Shown in pieces: positions 25,386-38,734 of a DNA stretch of 64,000 nt (its first letter is position 1; every line of letters starts with the position of its first letter). Source of the stretch: Squalus acanthias (Eukaryota); NCBI GenBank assembly GCA_030390025.1, contig CM059432.1:88228001-88292000 (forward strand), read 5' to 3'. Under the pieces are notes generated by a model, which was given only the letters and a program-made list of their open reading frames with translations, made no database searches and had not been told where the DNA came from. The translations under genes were made by a program, and so were the position numbers.

Positions 25386-26464
25386 TATATTTTTATCCAT
25401 TTTCATTTAATAAAAATAAGAAACAGTGAAATGCTGATTAAATATAGAGACAATTTCCAAGGAATTATGCTTGGTTAAGAAGTTTTATGAACTACAAGAT
25501 AGGCAGTTTGTAAATCTTTGCATTCCAGCAATATAATGGCCCCGAAAAAAACCAACTGCACAAAACACTGAAAACAAATCAGACATACAAATATACTGGT
25601 GCCCAGGCAACATTTCTCAACAGACTGGTGACATTCAGCAGACTCAGAGTTAGCTAGCTGATAATTGGTGAGCATTTTATGCCTACTTCAAGATTTTGAA
25701 TTTAAATGTTACACAAAAATCAAATTAAATTCTACAGTAGGTGTCAGTTGGATATGTTGGGCTTGTATGCGCAGATCAGATTATCCTTGGATAATTTATG
25801 TGCTTATCTGGAATTGACAGTACCTAGATATTTGAAATCTTGAAAAAGAGGGACCATATTTTTTTGGTGTGATTTAAACGAAACTTCAGCTTTTGCTGCT
25901 GCCTGGAAGACATTAGCAACAGTGGATCACTGTAAGGCAAAATGAGAGCACTTAGAAAGGAACCTTTAAGAACACAGCCAAGTGTGTGGCCACCCTTTTT
26001 TTGAAATGAGAAAGGGAGCTCAAATATATTGTGGGGACCCACATTTTAATGGAAGGAATGCAAACGAAAGCCACTTGTAGCATATTCGTTCCAAGTCAAA
26101 CCCAAAGTAGCACGGACACCTCTGGTGCCAAGACTAGTAAAGCCCTTCGTGTTTTACTGTCAGCCTCCTACTGCATGGATGGTTGTCTGGACTATTGCAG
26201 CCCAATAACTAGCTTCATTTGTAGCTCTTAATATTTTTCTAAAGTACCTAACAGAGATTCAAAGAATTGAATGTATTAAACCCCAAATTGCAAGGTAATA
26301 AGTAGGTGTTGCTCAATGTTCTCTCATTTCTTTTTCCTGCGTGGGCCCTTTAAATTTGCTGTGCAGCTGCGCATGTGCACTATCTCTTCCAGCAGCAGCG
26401 TTGGTGAGCAGCCTGCACAGGACCTCGCGATTGGTGTGTGGCCGCATGGCGGGAACACCTTAGA

Positions 26465-26640
26465 GGGAACATTGGTGTTGCTTGATGGGACTATTGATGA
26501 CTCCTTCCATTACTTTGCTGGTGATTGGGAGGAGGCTGATTGGGTGGTAATTGGCCAGTTTAGATTTGTCCTGCTTTAGGTGGATAGGGCATACCTAGGA
26601 AACTTCCCAAATTATCAGATAGCTGCATTGGAATAGCTTG
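26465..26640 (-). mobile_element. CR1-group RT fragment
   Basis: KQDKSKLANYHPISLLPITSKVMEGVI-like motif. Confidence 0.65.
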
Positions 26641-28364
26641 GTGTCAATAGAAGTCCACAAAGATCTCTCACTCTCTCTCTCTCACTCACTGCTGCTATTG
26701 TAACAGAAGCACTCACAGTGGAATGTCACCATGTGCCAAGAGTAAAGTTTATTTCCCAGTTGCTTTGCCCAGGTATTTACATCGTAGATAGTTGTGGATG
26801 CAATATCAGAGCTGTGATTTGTTATCAAAGTGGGGTAAAAACCCTTGTGTATATACTCACTCAAATGTTAACTTTCAGGCCTCGAAATCAGATAGCGCTT
26901 AAAAACGGGCTCTTACGTGGCCCAATTTCTAGGCCAAGATTTTATTATGATGTTGTTGGGTAGCTCTGTTAACTCCATTTGATAGCATTTAGCTTTGTGG
27001 TTAAAGATTCAAACAGTTCTAAAGAAATGTAAAAAGTCGTTGATACTTGCAGAATTAGAACAGAATCTGAGGGGATTATTAAATGGGAAGCCGTGTGTGT
27101 TGGCATAGTAACGCAGAGAATATGTGCACATCTCCACTGTTATCTAACGTGTTGCTCTGCAGAACAATTAAAATGATAAAATATACCTCTGCATTTTTAT
27201 CTTCAATCACAGACAAATGGCAGACTAAACAACAAAACCCATAGCCACCGTCACTGACATTGTAGATCACAGGGTGTTGGCTAAGCAACCACCTGAAGTG
27301 TTAACTCCTCTGTCCACATATATTGCCTAACCTGCCGAGTATTTCCAGCATTTTCTGTATTTTGTTGTAGATCACAGAAGGCCTATTTTCCTTAAAATAT
27401 GAATAAAAGTTCAAGAACTGCTGCGGGGTGGGCCCCACCTGTGCAAGAAGTGCCAGGACCAGGCCCCTGGAGACTTTCTTCACTTCGCCTCATGTTGATA
27501 TCTGAGATCTGTTTAAAGCTGAAAAGTCCATCGTGCTCATGGAAAATGTGTAGAAAAGAAGGACTGTTCTGTGTCCTATGGTACATGGCGATATGCCACA
27601 ACCACCCATGAATTTGTGAAGTAATCTATATATTAAACCCAGACATAACATAATATTTATACTAATAGTGTTTAGGTACCTTTATCTCTGCAAAAAATAA
27701 ATGAGAGAGATAGCTTTCTTTGCACATAGTTTTTTTCCTACCTCTTTTTTTAAATGGCATCAAATGCACTACGGAGAAACCACATAAGCCTTTCTTTGGA
27801 GGACTTTATATTTCCATTTGCAATTACCACCAAATAACACACAGTACCTTTCTCTTTATTGGTGACAATTACAAATCTTATTTTAAACACTTCACACTGA
27901 GGACGACTGATGTCATGTGAAATATTCCAAATCTTGGCAGGAGCCGCGTTTTTTTTTCCGAATACTAAGCAAATATTCTTCAGTGCAGTGAACCTTACCA
28001 ACAGGACTGAAAGATTTTTGTCTGCAGACACTCTAAGCAGCCTTTTGCCAGCAGTTCCCTTAGGGTGACCAAGAGTGCAGACTACACTACAAATCACTTC
28101 ATTACACTTAATTAGACTGTTCACAACACAGTATCATTCCTGTACAGTATATTTGATTTAATTATTTAAATGTATGTATTTCAGTCATATGTTAAGGACA
28201 ATAACTGCTGGTTAAGAGTTATGTGTTTCAACAGGCATGATTTTAGCTGTATGTTAGTGATTTATTTTTACAGTTTTACAGATACAAAAGGGTGAGGTCA
28301 TCTGGAAATTATGAAATGCTAAGTATCAGATAATGGGAGAAGAAAAGGAATGTGGGAAAGCATA

Positions 28365-28950
28365 ACCTAGAAATTGCTGTAGGCCTAAACCTTTATGGCA
28401 TCAACAAATGTGCAGTAGTGGTCTGCACTGTGGGGAACGAGGTAAACTTCGCACTTTCCAGCTAGTCAGAAATTGTTGTGGAGACGTTGAGGGTTTCAGG
28501 TCCTATTGTGGTTAATCAGTGCATTAGCCTTGTTGTGGTTGTTGCTGGCATAATTACTCATATACAAGGGGCCATCGCCCATATGAAAGGCATTATCACT
28601 GAGTCAGATTCTTGTCTGTCAGAATTCTGAAGGGAAATACTTTCACTGAGTTTATCTGGACAGAAAGTTTACTACAATGGGGAATGCTTTCAGTACTCTC
28701 CTGGCACTTGACTTAGAGGAGGAGGAGCAGCAGCAAAGATCTGTTAGAGATGTCTGTGTGCTATCTGGGCCTATCAGCCATTGCAGATACAGGACCGGCA
28801 CAGATACCTGGCAATAACTGAAGAGCACTACCTCCGGAGACCGTGGCTTAACAGTGAGGCAGTGACAGAGCTGTGCCACCTCCAAAATGAAGACAGAAAG
28901 ACAAGTTCAAACTTCCAGTGTCTGTCCAGGTGACCATGCTCTCAATCTTT
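28365..28950 (+). mobile_element. Harbinger transposase 5' relic with terminus
   Basis: CCTAGAAATT terminus-like sequence; MGNAFSTLLALDLEEEEQQQR..YLAITEEHYLRR..EAVTELCHL from 28677. Confidence 0.6.
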
Positions 28951-30295
28951 GGGCTGAATTTTTACCTTTGAGTCTCGATGGCAGCGGGGGTGGGGGGAAG
29001 GGCTCCGTGGATCGCGCAGGAACCCGGAAGTTGGAGAGGCGCATTTTGCTGTGGCTTTTTAAAGAAGCCACTGCAATTGAATCAGACTTCTGCGTTTCCC
29101 GACCAATTAGCTGCAGCGGGTCCGATGACATCACGGATGACTCTACTTCCGCTAAGCTATTTAAAGGAGCAATGCACAGATGTCACTTGAATTTTGGTGG
29201 AGGAGGAAGCCAGGTTGTGGGACTAGTGAGTTGGTTCTGTTGTAAAAATTTGATAAGGCTCTAACCCGAAACATGCAGGCTCAAAGACATAAAGCAGCCC
29301 CAAGATTTAGTGATGCCTCCTTGGAGATATTAGTCCAAGGAGTCAGGGCCTACAGGGACATCCTCTTCCCTGATGATGGGGGGAAGAGGCCAGCTGGCTA
29401 GACTAAGAATGCATGGCTGGAGATCGCTGAAGAAGTGAGCAGCAGGAGTGTTGTTGGCAGGACCTGGATACAGTGTCAAAAACGCTTTAACGACCTCATG
29501 AAGTCATGAAAGGTGAGTACAATGCCACATTGCCCTACATCCTGATGTGCGTGCCACCCAACCCCCTCACTCTGCCTTTCCAAGCCTACTCCTGCACATC
29601 ACTCCTCACACTAATGTACCTTGCAGATGCACCCATCCCTCACTGTCAATGCACTTACTCACATCCCAATCTGACCATCCACCACTGACACTCACCCTCA
29701 TATTAATGCAGTGTAATGCCTCTCCCTCATAGTTGCTCTCAACAGATGTTGCCCAACCATCCCTTCCATTTATTCCATGAATCTCACTCAAAGGTCTCTC
29801 GTTTCCTTCCTTGCAGGAGAAGAGAGCACAGAACACCCAGGAGAGGCAGCAAACTGGTGGTGGCCCCCCAGTCATGACACCGTTCACTTCATCAGAGGAG
29901 GAGGCACTGGAGCTGAGCCGCGTTGCGGAGCTATTGGTGGTCAGAGATGGAGAGAGGGGGACCTCCCAGCTACCTGGTTACAAAATTAAATATCATATAG
30001 CCACATGGCACACAAATCACTCATGTTGACTTGATGTCAGCAGCCAGTGAAATATGATCATGTGCATAATGGTAACTTAAAACATTCTTATCATAACAGT
30101 TCTAATTCATGTCTTTACTCTCCACAGGCCCATCAAGTGTCCCCCCCACCGTCCAGCCAGAGGAGGAAGACGACTCCTCAGAGGAGGTCACGGACTCTGA
30201 GGGTGCACCATCACACGGTCCATGCACACCAAGCACCAGCACAGATACACACATGTCGGTGGGTCCACTAAGTGAGAAAGTAGTGTTGTCACCTG

Positions 30296-33200
30296 GGGCA
30301 GAATTTTCATTGACCCGTGGAGGCAGGATTGGAGGCGTGTGGGGGATTAAAATTGCGAAAACTGGTGGGCGGGCACAAGCCCGCCTCCATCCCGCCTCCA
30401 CGCAATTTTCATTAAATCGTGTCTGCTGGTCCCGACTCCGTCCCGCCTCCAAGAGGCAGGATAGGCCGTTAAGGCCCTTAACAAGCACTAAATTGCCTCT
30501 ATAATGCCATTTTGAAAGGCCTTTGTGAATTTAACCCTTTTTCCACGTGAAGCACGCCTGTTCTGAACCACGAATGTGAAACCTGGCGGTAGCACATTTG
30601 GATTGCTGACTATCAGCTGCAGCTCAACCATGAAATAGGAGATGTGATCAGCCATCATTTGCAGTTGGCAGGACTTTGTTGTCTGAGGTCTGGGGGATCT
30701 TTTATATGGCATAACCATAGCTGTGGAAGTTTGGAGCCTGACACCCATCTCCAGTGTGACCTCCTAGGAAACCCCTCTCGCCACCTTGACTGAGCACTTC
30801 CTCAACTGAGGCATATACCAGAAGCATGGGAACTATTTATTTCCTTTCCTCCTGAACATCAGATTCAGACGAGGACCAGCCGTGGCAGCAGCAGAACCAT
30901 GAACAACAGCACCACCAGCAGCAGCAGCATCAACAGGAGTGCCAAGCTGCTCCTCACCCACCTGAAGCTGCACAGGCCAGAAGGCGCCAGCGCGCGACCA
31001 CATTGCTGCCCGAGATGCAAGGGACGCACTTGACCAGATTTGCTTAGCCTGCACAATCAAACACTTTTGCCTCGCACCTTCTTATCGGACCATCGACAAT
31101 GTCCAGGAACCTGCGGATTCCTATCACTCTGACCACCATACTGACAATTGCAAGTCATCCTAAGCCCTCAATGTGGAAGTCCCATTTGCGAAATGACAGA
31201 CACCACAACTTCAGCAGTTTGCCAGCAGAATTTTTAATCATACCAAGCAAGTGCTGGCATTTCAAGATTAAACACAACATTACACCCAAGTGACTACCCT
31301 TGTGACTACTTGTGCATTATTTTTCTTTTACGCATGCTCCTACGTGGTGCTTCCCCTGTGGCTTCAGCAGATGTGGAGGCCCCTTGCTCACTTTCTTGCT
31401 GCTCCTGCCTCGACACCTTTGGCAGGCGTCCTCTGGGGTTGCGAGCCTGTGAGGACTCGGCAACAGTCTGCTGCTCCTGCGGCTGTGCAGGGACTGAGAC
31501 GCCCATCTCAGTTGGGTGAGGACTCTGGTGGGGCTCTGACTGAGGGCTTTGCAGTGGCTTGGTCGTGTGAGCGCTTGGAGAGGAGCCCCCACTTCCTTGT
31601 TGTCTGCCACCAACATCCCTCTCATGGGTCAGCCCCACCTCAGCGCTTGCAAGTGGATTGAGAGCACCTTGCTGAACATCAGGGGGGCCATGGGGACCCG
31701 TATCTGCACTGGAAGTCCTACTCAGAAGGACTTCCATGAAGGTCTGGTTTCTGTGTTCAATAGATGACCATCGCTACTCCAGAGATGCCAGTCTATTCTG
31801 AACAATGACCATGTTTTCTACACTCTGGCGACTTATCTCCTCCATAGCCGTAGCCATCCTCTCCTCTACTGTAGCCATCCTTTCCACGGAGGTTGCCATC
31901 CTTTCCGTGGTGATGCATTCATGCGCCAATGACTCCACAAAGGTTCTGCTCATGTTTGCTATGGACTCCTCCATTCGCTCCACACTCGCAGCGACCCTGG
32001 AGACAAAACCTGCCAGAGACTCCTGCATCTGTTCCTGGCGTTCCAGCACCGCTGATCTTATGGATGGACCCAGAGGCAGAGGGTCGACATGCAGCTGAGC
32101 CGAGCTAGGAGAGTCCTGCGCCCTCCGACTAGGACTCTCCACTGCTGTCCCTGTCTCCACTATCTGCTGATGCTCACTTGTGAGCTGTGATACACCAGGT
32201 GACAACACTACTCTATCTCTCGATGTTCCCGCCGAGGTGTGAGTGTCTGCGCTGGTGCTGGGTGTGCTGAATTCTGCTGACGCGGCGCCCTCAGAGGTTG
32301 CAGCTTCCTCTGAGGAGTGGTGAGGCTCATGCTCTTCCTCCTGGACGGTGGGGACGGCTGCTCGCGATGGTCCTGGGGGGGAGTAAAGGAAAGAGTCAGA
32401 GATGTGAGTCCAAGGTTACATGCACATTGCATATTGCAGATGATCATAAGTCAGTCTGCTGGAGCATCAGAATCATTATCAGTGACTCATGCAATGTCAA
32501 TGAGAGAGATGATAAACTATTCTGTCACCAGCTTGCTCTGATGAACCCGTCTGTCCGTCCCCCACTTGCGCATCCTCCTCCACTCGCATGATCTCCAGGA
32601 CCACCTCCTCCCAGGTGGTGAGCTGGGCTACTGAGGGTGGCCCTCCTCCTGTCCTTGCTCTTTCCCTCTTATTGTGAGCTCTCTTTTCCTGCAATGAGGG
32701 AGACAAGTGGAGTTTGAGTGAGAATGAAGGAGTGAGTGTAGAGAATCTATATCATTGATGGTTAGAAGGAGACAAATTTGGAGTGAAGTGGCAAGACCAT
32801 GGGCCCTCCCTGTGTGTTGTAAGTTGTTTTCATAGCATCACAGCGATAGGGAGTGTGAGGGCTGCATAGTCGAATAGTTAGGTGAATGTGACCACACAGA
32901 GAGAGGGAATGGGTAAGGGTGCAGGGATGTCAGTGTCAAGTGGGATGTGGAGGAAGAGGTTGTCAAAGCTGAGTGCTGGTGAGGAGAGGCAATGGGGATC
33001 AGAATGAGGGTGATGGGAAATTCATACTCACTTTTCCAGTGCGCAGCAGGTCATGAAACCTCTTCCTGCACTGAAGCCAGGTTCTGCGGGTTATGGACAA
33101 CGAGTTGACCTCCTCTGCCACCTGGATCCACACAGCCTTGGTTTGATGGGAAGGCTTCTTCCTCCCTGAAGAAGGGAAGAGCACCTCCTTATTAGCTCTG

Positions 33201-33549
33201 GCTCCCTCAATTAAAGCTTGCAGGGCGACGTCATTAAATCGAGGTGCAGACCTAGGTCTCTGGCTGGCCATTCTTCCTGCAGGTGCCTCTAACATGCAAA
33301 GACAGAAGCTTGGCAGTCTGCAGAGGAAGCAAGGCTTGTTGCAGACCTTAAATGCTGCAGCAATGATGACGTCATCGGAAGCGACTTTCAGACTGGAAAA
33401 ACTCACTGGCCGTGGGTTCCCACGCGTTGGAACTCAATTGGCCAATTATGTTAAAATCGCATCAATCTCCCACATCGATTTAGATTCGGGTGGCTAACAC
33501 GAAATGCGATTACATGACCCCAACCCATCCCTGAATCAAAATCCAGCCC
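30296..33549 (-). mobile_element. Harbinger-type element F, complete, Myb-only
   Basis: TIRs GGGCAGAATTTTCATT and AATCAAAATCCAGCCC; short target duplication around CTGG; transposase reduced to about 30826-31050. Confidence 0.9.
31306..33271 (-). pseudogene. Near-intact 3-exon Myb/SANT-like (MSANTD/NAIF1-type) gene, about 488 codons with one TAG (332 aa if terminated there)
   Basis: Exons 33271-33032, 32688-32529 and 32372-31306; all GT-AG and in phase; the only lesion is TAG at 31776-31774; heptad repeat (ERMAT..)x3; basic C-terminus RRSMRKRK. Confidence 0.9.
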
Positions 33550-33625
33550 TGGTGTCTCACACATCACATGTGAGCAAGAGCAGAGGGTGGAGACAGGGAC
33601 AGCAGTGGAGGATCCTCGTCGGAGG

Positions 33626-34020
33626 GCATAATCTAGGCTGACACTTCAGTGCAGTACTGAAGTTATTTACAGGTCTTCCTGAAGCAGATAGCACAACACT
33701 GTCACTGTTGGAGGTGTTGACTTTTGGAGGAGAGATTAAACTGAGGCCCCATCAGGTGGGCATAAAAGAAACCATAGAACTATTCAAGAAGAGCAGGGAG
33801 CTCCTCTGGGTCAAGGCCATCATTTCTCTCTCAACCAACACCACGAAAATCAGATATTGGTCATTCATTTGCTGTTTGTGGAACCTTGCTGTCCAGAAAT
33901 TGGTTGCCATATTTGTCTACATAGCAGTGACTGCACCTCAGAAGTAATTCAGTGATTGCAAAGAGGTTTAGGTTGTCCTGAGAATTTGCTAAGGTTCTAT
34001 ATAAATACAAGTTCCTTTCT
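33626..34020 (+). mobile_element. Deu-domain SINE (SacSINE1-like)
   Basis: ctaggctgacacttcagtgcagtactga..ttaaactgaggcccc; tail tatataaatacaagtt. Confidence 0.75.
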
Positions 34021-34710
34021 TCATTCTTAAAGGCAGACTAGAAGAACGGACCTGACAGACCAAGGCCAACCTCTTCAGCATTAGCTAATCATTGAATGAT
34101 ACAACACAGAAGGAGGCCATTCGGGCCATCCTGCCTGTGTCGACTCTTTGGAAGAACTATCCAATTTGTCCCACTCCCTTGCTCTTTCCCCATAGCCCTG
34201 CAAATGTTTCCTCTTTAAGTATTTATCCAATTCCCTTTTAAAAGTTACTATTGAATTTGCTTCCACCACCCTTTCAAGCAGTGCATTCCAGATCATAACA
34301 ACTCCCTGTGTAAATTTTTCTTCCTCATGTCACCTCTGATTCTTTTGCCAATTACCTTATATTTGTGTCCTCTGGTTACCGACTCTTCTGCCACTGGAAA
34401 CAGTTCCTCCTTATTTATTCTAAATAATCAAAACCGTTCATGATTTTGAACACCTCTATCGAATCTCCCCTTAACCTTCTCCGCTCCAAGGAGAATAATT
34501 CCAGGTTCTCTACTCTCTCCACATAACTGAAGTCCCGCATCCCTGGCACCATTCTAGTAAATCTCCTCTGCACGCTCTCCGTAGCCTTGACATTCTTTTT
34601 GAAGTGTGGGGCCCAGAACTGGCCACAATATTCCAGCTGGGGCATAACCAGTGTTTTATAAAGGCTCAGCATACCTTCCTTGCTTTTGGACTCGATGCCT
34701 CTATTAATAA

Positions 34711-35779
34711 ACATGATGCGGAGATGCCGGTGTTGGACTGGGGTGGACAAAATTGAGAGGTCGCACAACACCAGGTTATAGTCCAACAGTTTTATTTGAA
34801 ATCACAAGCTTTCGGAGCTATCGATTGCCCCTTCCTCAGGTGAAGTAAATAGATACAGAATCGCCAAAGCATATATAGATAGAGAACAAAGCATGTGTAC
34901 CTTACAATTGCAGACCACTAAATTAAATCATCCTGACTATCTGCCGAGGTGTGATAAAGTTAATCAGGTCAGCCAGGAAGTTACCACATCAAAGACATAG
35001 CAAGATACAACTGAGACAATGAGGTGTAGTCGCAGGGGTTCTAACGTGTCAAAAGCTGCCGTCTGTATGTAAAACGAAAAGCTTTAAAATTTTTACTTTT
35101 TTACTGGGAAAATTTTTACTTTTTTACTGGGAATTACATCTGTGAACAAGCCAACGACGACTCGAGTCCGGATCACGTCATGTATCGTGACATAAACCCA
35201 AGATCCCGGTTGAGACCGTCTTCATGAGTGCGGAACTTGGCTATCAGTTTCTGCTCGATGATTTTGCGTTGTCGTGTGTTTCTAAGGTTGCCTTGGAGAA
35301 CGCTTACCCGCAGATCCGAGGCTGAATGTCCTTGACTGCTGAAGTGTTCCCCGACTGAGAGGTAACAATCCTGCCTGGCGATTGTTGCGTGGTGCTCGTT
35401 CATACGTTGTCTCAGTGTCTGCATGGTCTCGCCGATGTACCATGCCGCGGTGCATTCTTTCCTGCAACGTATGAGGTAGACAACGTTGGCCGAGTCACAT
35501 GAGTATGTACCATGTACCTGGTGGTTAGTGTCCTCACGTGTGATGGTGGTATCTGTGTTGATGATCTGGCATGTCTTGCAGAGTTTGCCGTGGCAGGGTT
35601 GTGTGGTGTCGTGGTCGCTGTTATCCTGAAAGCTGGGTAATTTGCTGCGAACGATGGTACTTCTGAGGTTAGGCGGCTGTTTGAAGGCAAGTAGTGGAGG
35701 CGTGGGAATGGCCTTAGCGAGGTGTTTGTCGTCATCGATGACATGTTGAAGGTAACTTCCTGGCTGACCTGATTAACTT
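34711..35779 (-). mobile_element. Penelope-like element, 5'-truncated, intact GIY-YIG C-terminus
   Basis: Open frame 35750-35173: CHGKLCKTC..NVVYLIRC..WYIGETMQTLRQRMNEH..GLN; 29-bp inverted copy (35751-35779 versus 34957-34985). Confidence 0.93.
34803..34842 (-). ncRNA. Minimal type I hammerhead ribozyme motif in a Penelope pLTR
   Basis: cac-CTGAGGA-a-ggggc(aatcgata)gctcc-GAAAG-CTT-gtg; palindromic AAGCTT helix III. Confidence 0.75.
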
Positions 35780-37673
35780 AAGCCAGGGATCCCATATGCC
35801 TTTTTAATAGCCATCTCAACTTGTCCTGCCACCTTCAAAGATTTGTGCACATACACCCCCAGGTCTCTCTGTTCCTGCACCCCCTTTAAAGTTGTACCAT
35901 TTACTTTATATTGCCTCTCCTCATTTTTCTTACCAAAGTGAATCAATTCACACTTCTCTGCATTATGCTTCATCTGCCACGTGTCTGCCCATTTCACCAG
36001 TCTATCTCTGTCCTCCTGAAGTCTGTTACTATTCGCTTCACTGTTTACTACATTTCCAAGTTTTAAGTCATCTGCAAACTTCAAAATCTTGCCCTGTGTA
36101 CCCAAGTCCAGGTCATTAATATATATCAAAAAGAAAATGAGTCCTAATAACAACTCCTGGGGGACACCACTGCACACTTCCCTCTAGTCTGAAAAACAAT
36201 CGTTCACCACTACTCTCTGCTTTCTGCCCCACAGATGATTTTGTATCCATGTAGCCACTGCCCCTTTTAATCCCATGGGCTTCAATTTTACTAACAAACA
36301 CCTTTTGAAAATCCATATACGCAACATCAACCGCACTACTTTCATCAACTGTCTCCGTTACTTCATCAATTTAGTCAAACACGATTTGCCTTTAACAAAT
36401 TAGTGCTGGCTGTCATTTATTAACCCATATTTTTCCAAGTTTTTGTCCCAGATTATTGTCTCCTCACCACTACTCTCAAGCTGACTGGCCTGTAGTTGCC
36501 GGGTTTATCCTTCTCCCCTTTTTTGAACAGTGCTGTAACATTTGCGATCCTCCAGTCCTATGGCACTACTCCCATATCGAAGGAGAATTGGAAGATTGTG
36601 GCCAGAGCCTCCGCAATTTCCATCCTTGCTTCCCTCAGCAAACTAAGATGCATCTCATCCGGACCAGCTTTCTTTCCTACTTTGAGCGCTGCCAGCCTTA
36701 TAAGTGCCTCCCCTTTATCTATATTTATCCTATCCAATTTCTCTGCCACCTCATACTTTTCTGTGACAGATACAAAGTACTCATTTAGTCCCTCAGCCAT
36801 GCCCTCTGCCTCCACAAGAAGACCTCCTTTTTGCTCCCTAATCTGCCCCACCCTTCCTTTGACTTCACTTTTACTATTTATATGTTTAAAAAAGCCTTTT
36901 GGGTTCTCTTTTATGTTACCTGCTAATCCATTCTTGTATGCTCTCTTTGCTCCTCCACTGTATAATAAAGCCCTTGAGGCATCCACAGACAGAACTTGAG
37001 CATTCATTCAACAAGGTCTATGCAACCACCAGGATCATCAGTGAGTATGGCATTGACATCTTAAAGCAGGGATGCGGTATGTTTCAGATTTGGTGTTGTC
37101 ATGAGAGACACCAGCCTCATCATGCTTAGCCTAGGTATGCCTTGGCTGCTGGCATTCCCTCATCAAGTCCACTGACCTGTGTGATTTGAACGGTGCACAG
37201 CAATGAGGTCTGTGAGGTCTCAATCTGATCACCCAGCATATTGAAGTCAGACAAGAGTGCTTCATTGACCCTCTGTAGCAGAAGTCTGAGTATTCCTGAG
37301 AGATACTTCCATTGTGTTTAGGAATTACGCAACTGATGACTGGTGCAGATGCCCCATGGTATAATGCTGGGCAGACAATAGTTTTCTGTGATTACATAGA
37401 TCCAGCTAGTGGATTTCAAACTCCTTACAAGACCCTGCAGGGTACTTTGCACGGACACAAGTGGCCAGTGTTGATGATTCAGCTCAGACAGCAGTCTCCT
37501 TTTATAAGCGAACCCTATGAGGTTAGAATCCTTAATTGCTACAGAAGAGGTAGAAAACTTTCCAACCCTCACCCCCCCCCCCCCCCCCCCCCCGCCCCCA
37601 GCTCCCCCACCCCAAGCAACAGGCACCCGCTCTTCAGCTTCAACCATCGCTGTCTGCTCCTCAGATACTGTCA

Positions 37674-37864
37674 GGGAATAATTTTAACCTAACCCGCCCA
37701 TTGGGAAACTGATGGGATCGGGTGGAATGCCGGTTTTACACCCTGCCCAATATTACCACCCATTGTTTTCAATAGAGATTTCAAAAATCAGGTGGGGTGT
37801 AAAACCGATGTTGCATCCGATCCCGTCAGTTTCCCAATGAGTGGGTTCAGTTAAAATCGCCTCC
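37674..37864. mobile_element. Fully palindromic MITE
   Basis: About 67-bp imperfect inverted arms (attttaacc..ttttacaccc and its reverse complement). Confidence 0.85.
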
Positions 37865-38734
37865 AGTGTGACTTACGCATTGCTACTTTCTCAAGCTAAT
37901 TATCTAAATCTTCTGTGGGGGTTGTAGCTGTGTTTATTTTTGACAGAGGAGGTGAGCTTGAAGCAAGGTGCTATGAGCTGCTTGCTTGTTCAGGATCACT
38001 GACAGTTATAACACTCTGCTCTTCCAGGTCTATGAAAACCAAAGACAAATATATGGCAAAATACTACTTCAAACAAATACCTTCAAGTAGTCCTAGCATT
38101 GCAGTATAGAGTATGATACTTTTGAAGGTGAATGCATGCCTGTGTGTCAATGAATGAGTTGGGGACAAGACATGATGGTACTAGCCCATAACTTGTATAA
38201 AGCCTATTGCTTCACTCTCCCCTACTTCTTCCAGGTTCTCATGCCATAAACATTCTGGTCTCTTTGATTGTATGCCAAGCACAAAAAATAGACTTGAGAG
38301 TTTGCAAATTTAGGTAGCACAGACAGTGACAGCCTGTTCCCCAGCCCATCCTTTCTGATACTAAGAGAACATGCCTCATGAAGCTAGGTTATCTTATAAG
38401 GATTTTCTGTATTAAGCCCTATCAAGATTATTAGCCACCCACAGTTTGAGTAATACAGGTCCTATTTGTATGTTTGCCAGTATTATTTTGCACGATAAAC
38501 ATTCAGTGCCCTATTTCTCTCATGACAGGACTGACAGGATAAGCTTTGAATAATGGTTATGCTGGTTCAGTACAAAATGCCAGAGAGGTTATAAGCGTAC
38601 ATGTTCTGGCATGAGACGGGTACTTGACATTCCCAATTGGACTTTTCCTGCTCTCCTCCTTCTCACATCTTTACAGGTCTGTAAGCCAACCTATCTGCAT
38701 AAGGCATGTTCATTTCATATCAGACAGGAGAGGG

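Larger units (their letters stand above)
28951..33625 (+). mobile_element. Harbinger-type element E with Myb pseudogene (exon 1 29273-29512, exon 2 29817-29976, exon 3 from 30128), split by element F
   Basis: GGGCTGAATTTT terminus; AAPRFSDASLEILVQGV..WLEIAEEV..TWIQCQKRFNDL with 2 stops; exon 3 frame VVLSP/GVSHIT resumes after 33549. Confidence 0.88.
34088..36955 (-). mobile_element. CR1 LINE (RT to 3' end, decayed), split by a Penelope element
   Basis: IKENPKGFFKHI, DFQKVF, SGVPQ..KFADDLKLG, QLEYCGQFWAPH; sequence resumes at 35781. Confidence 0.92.
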
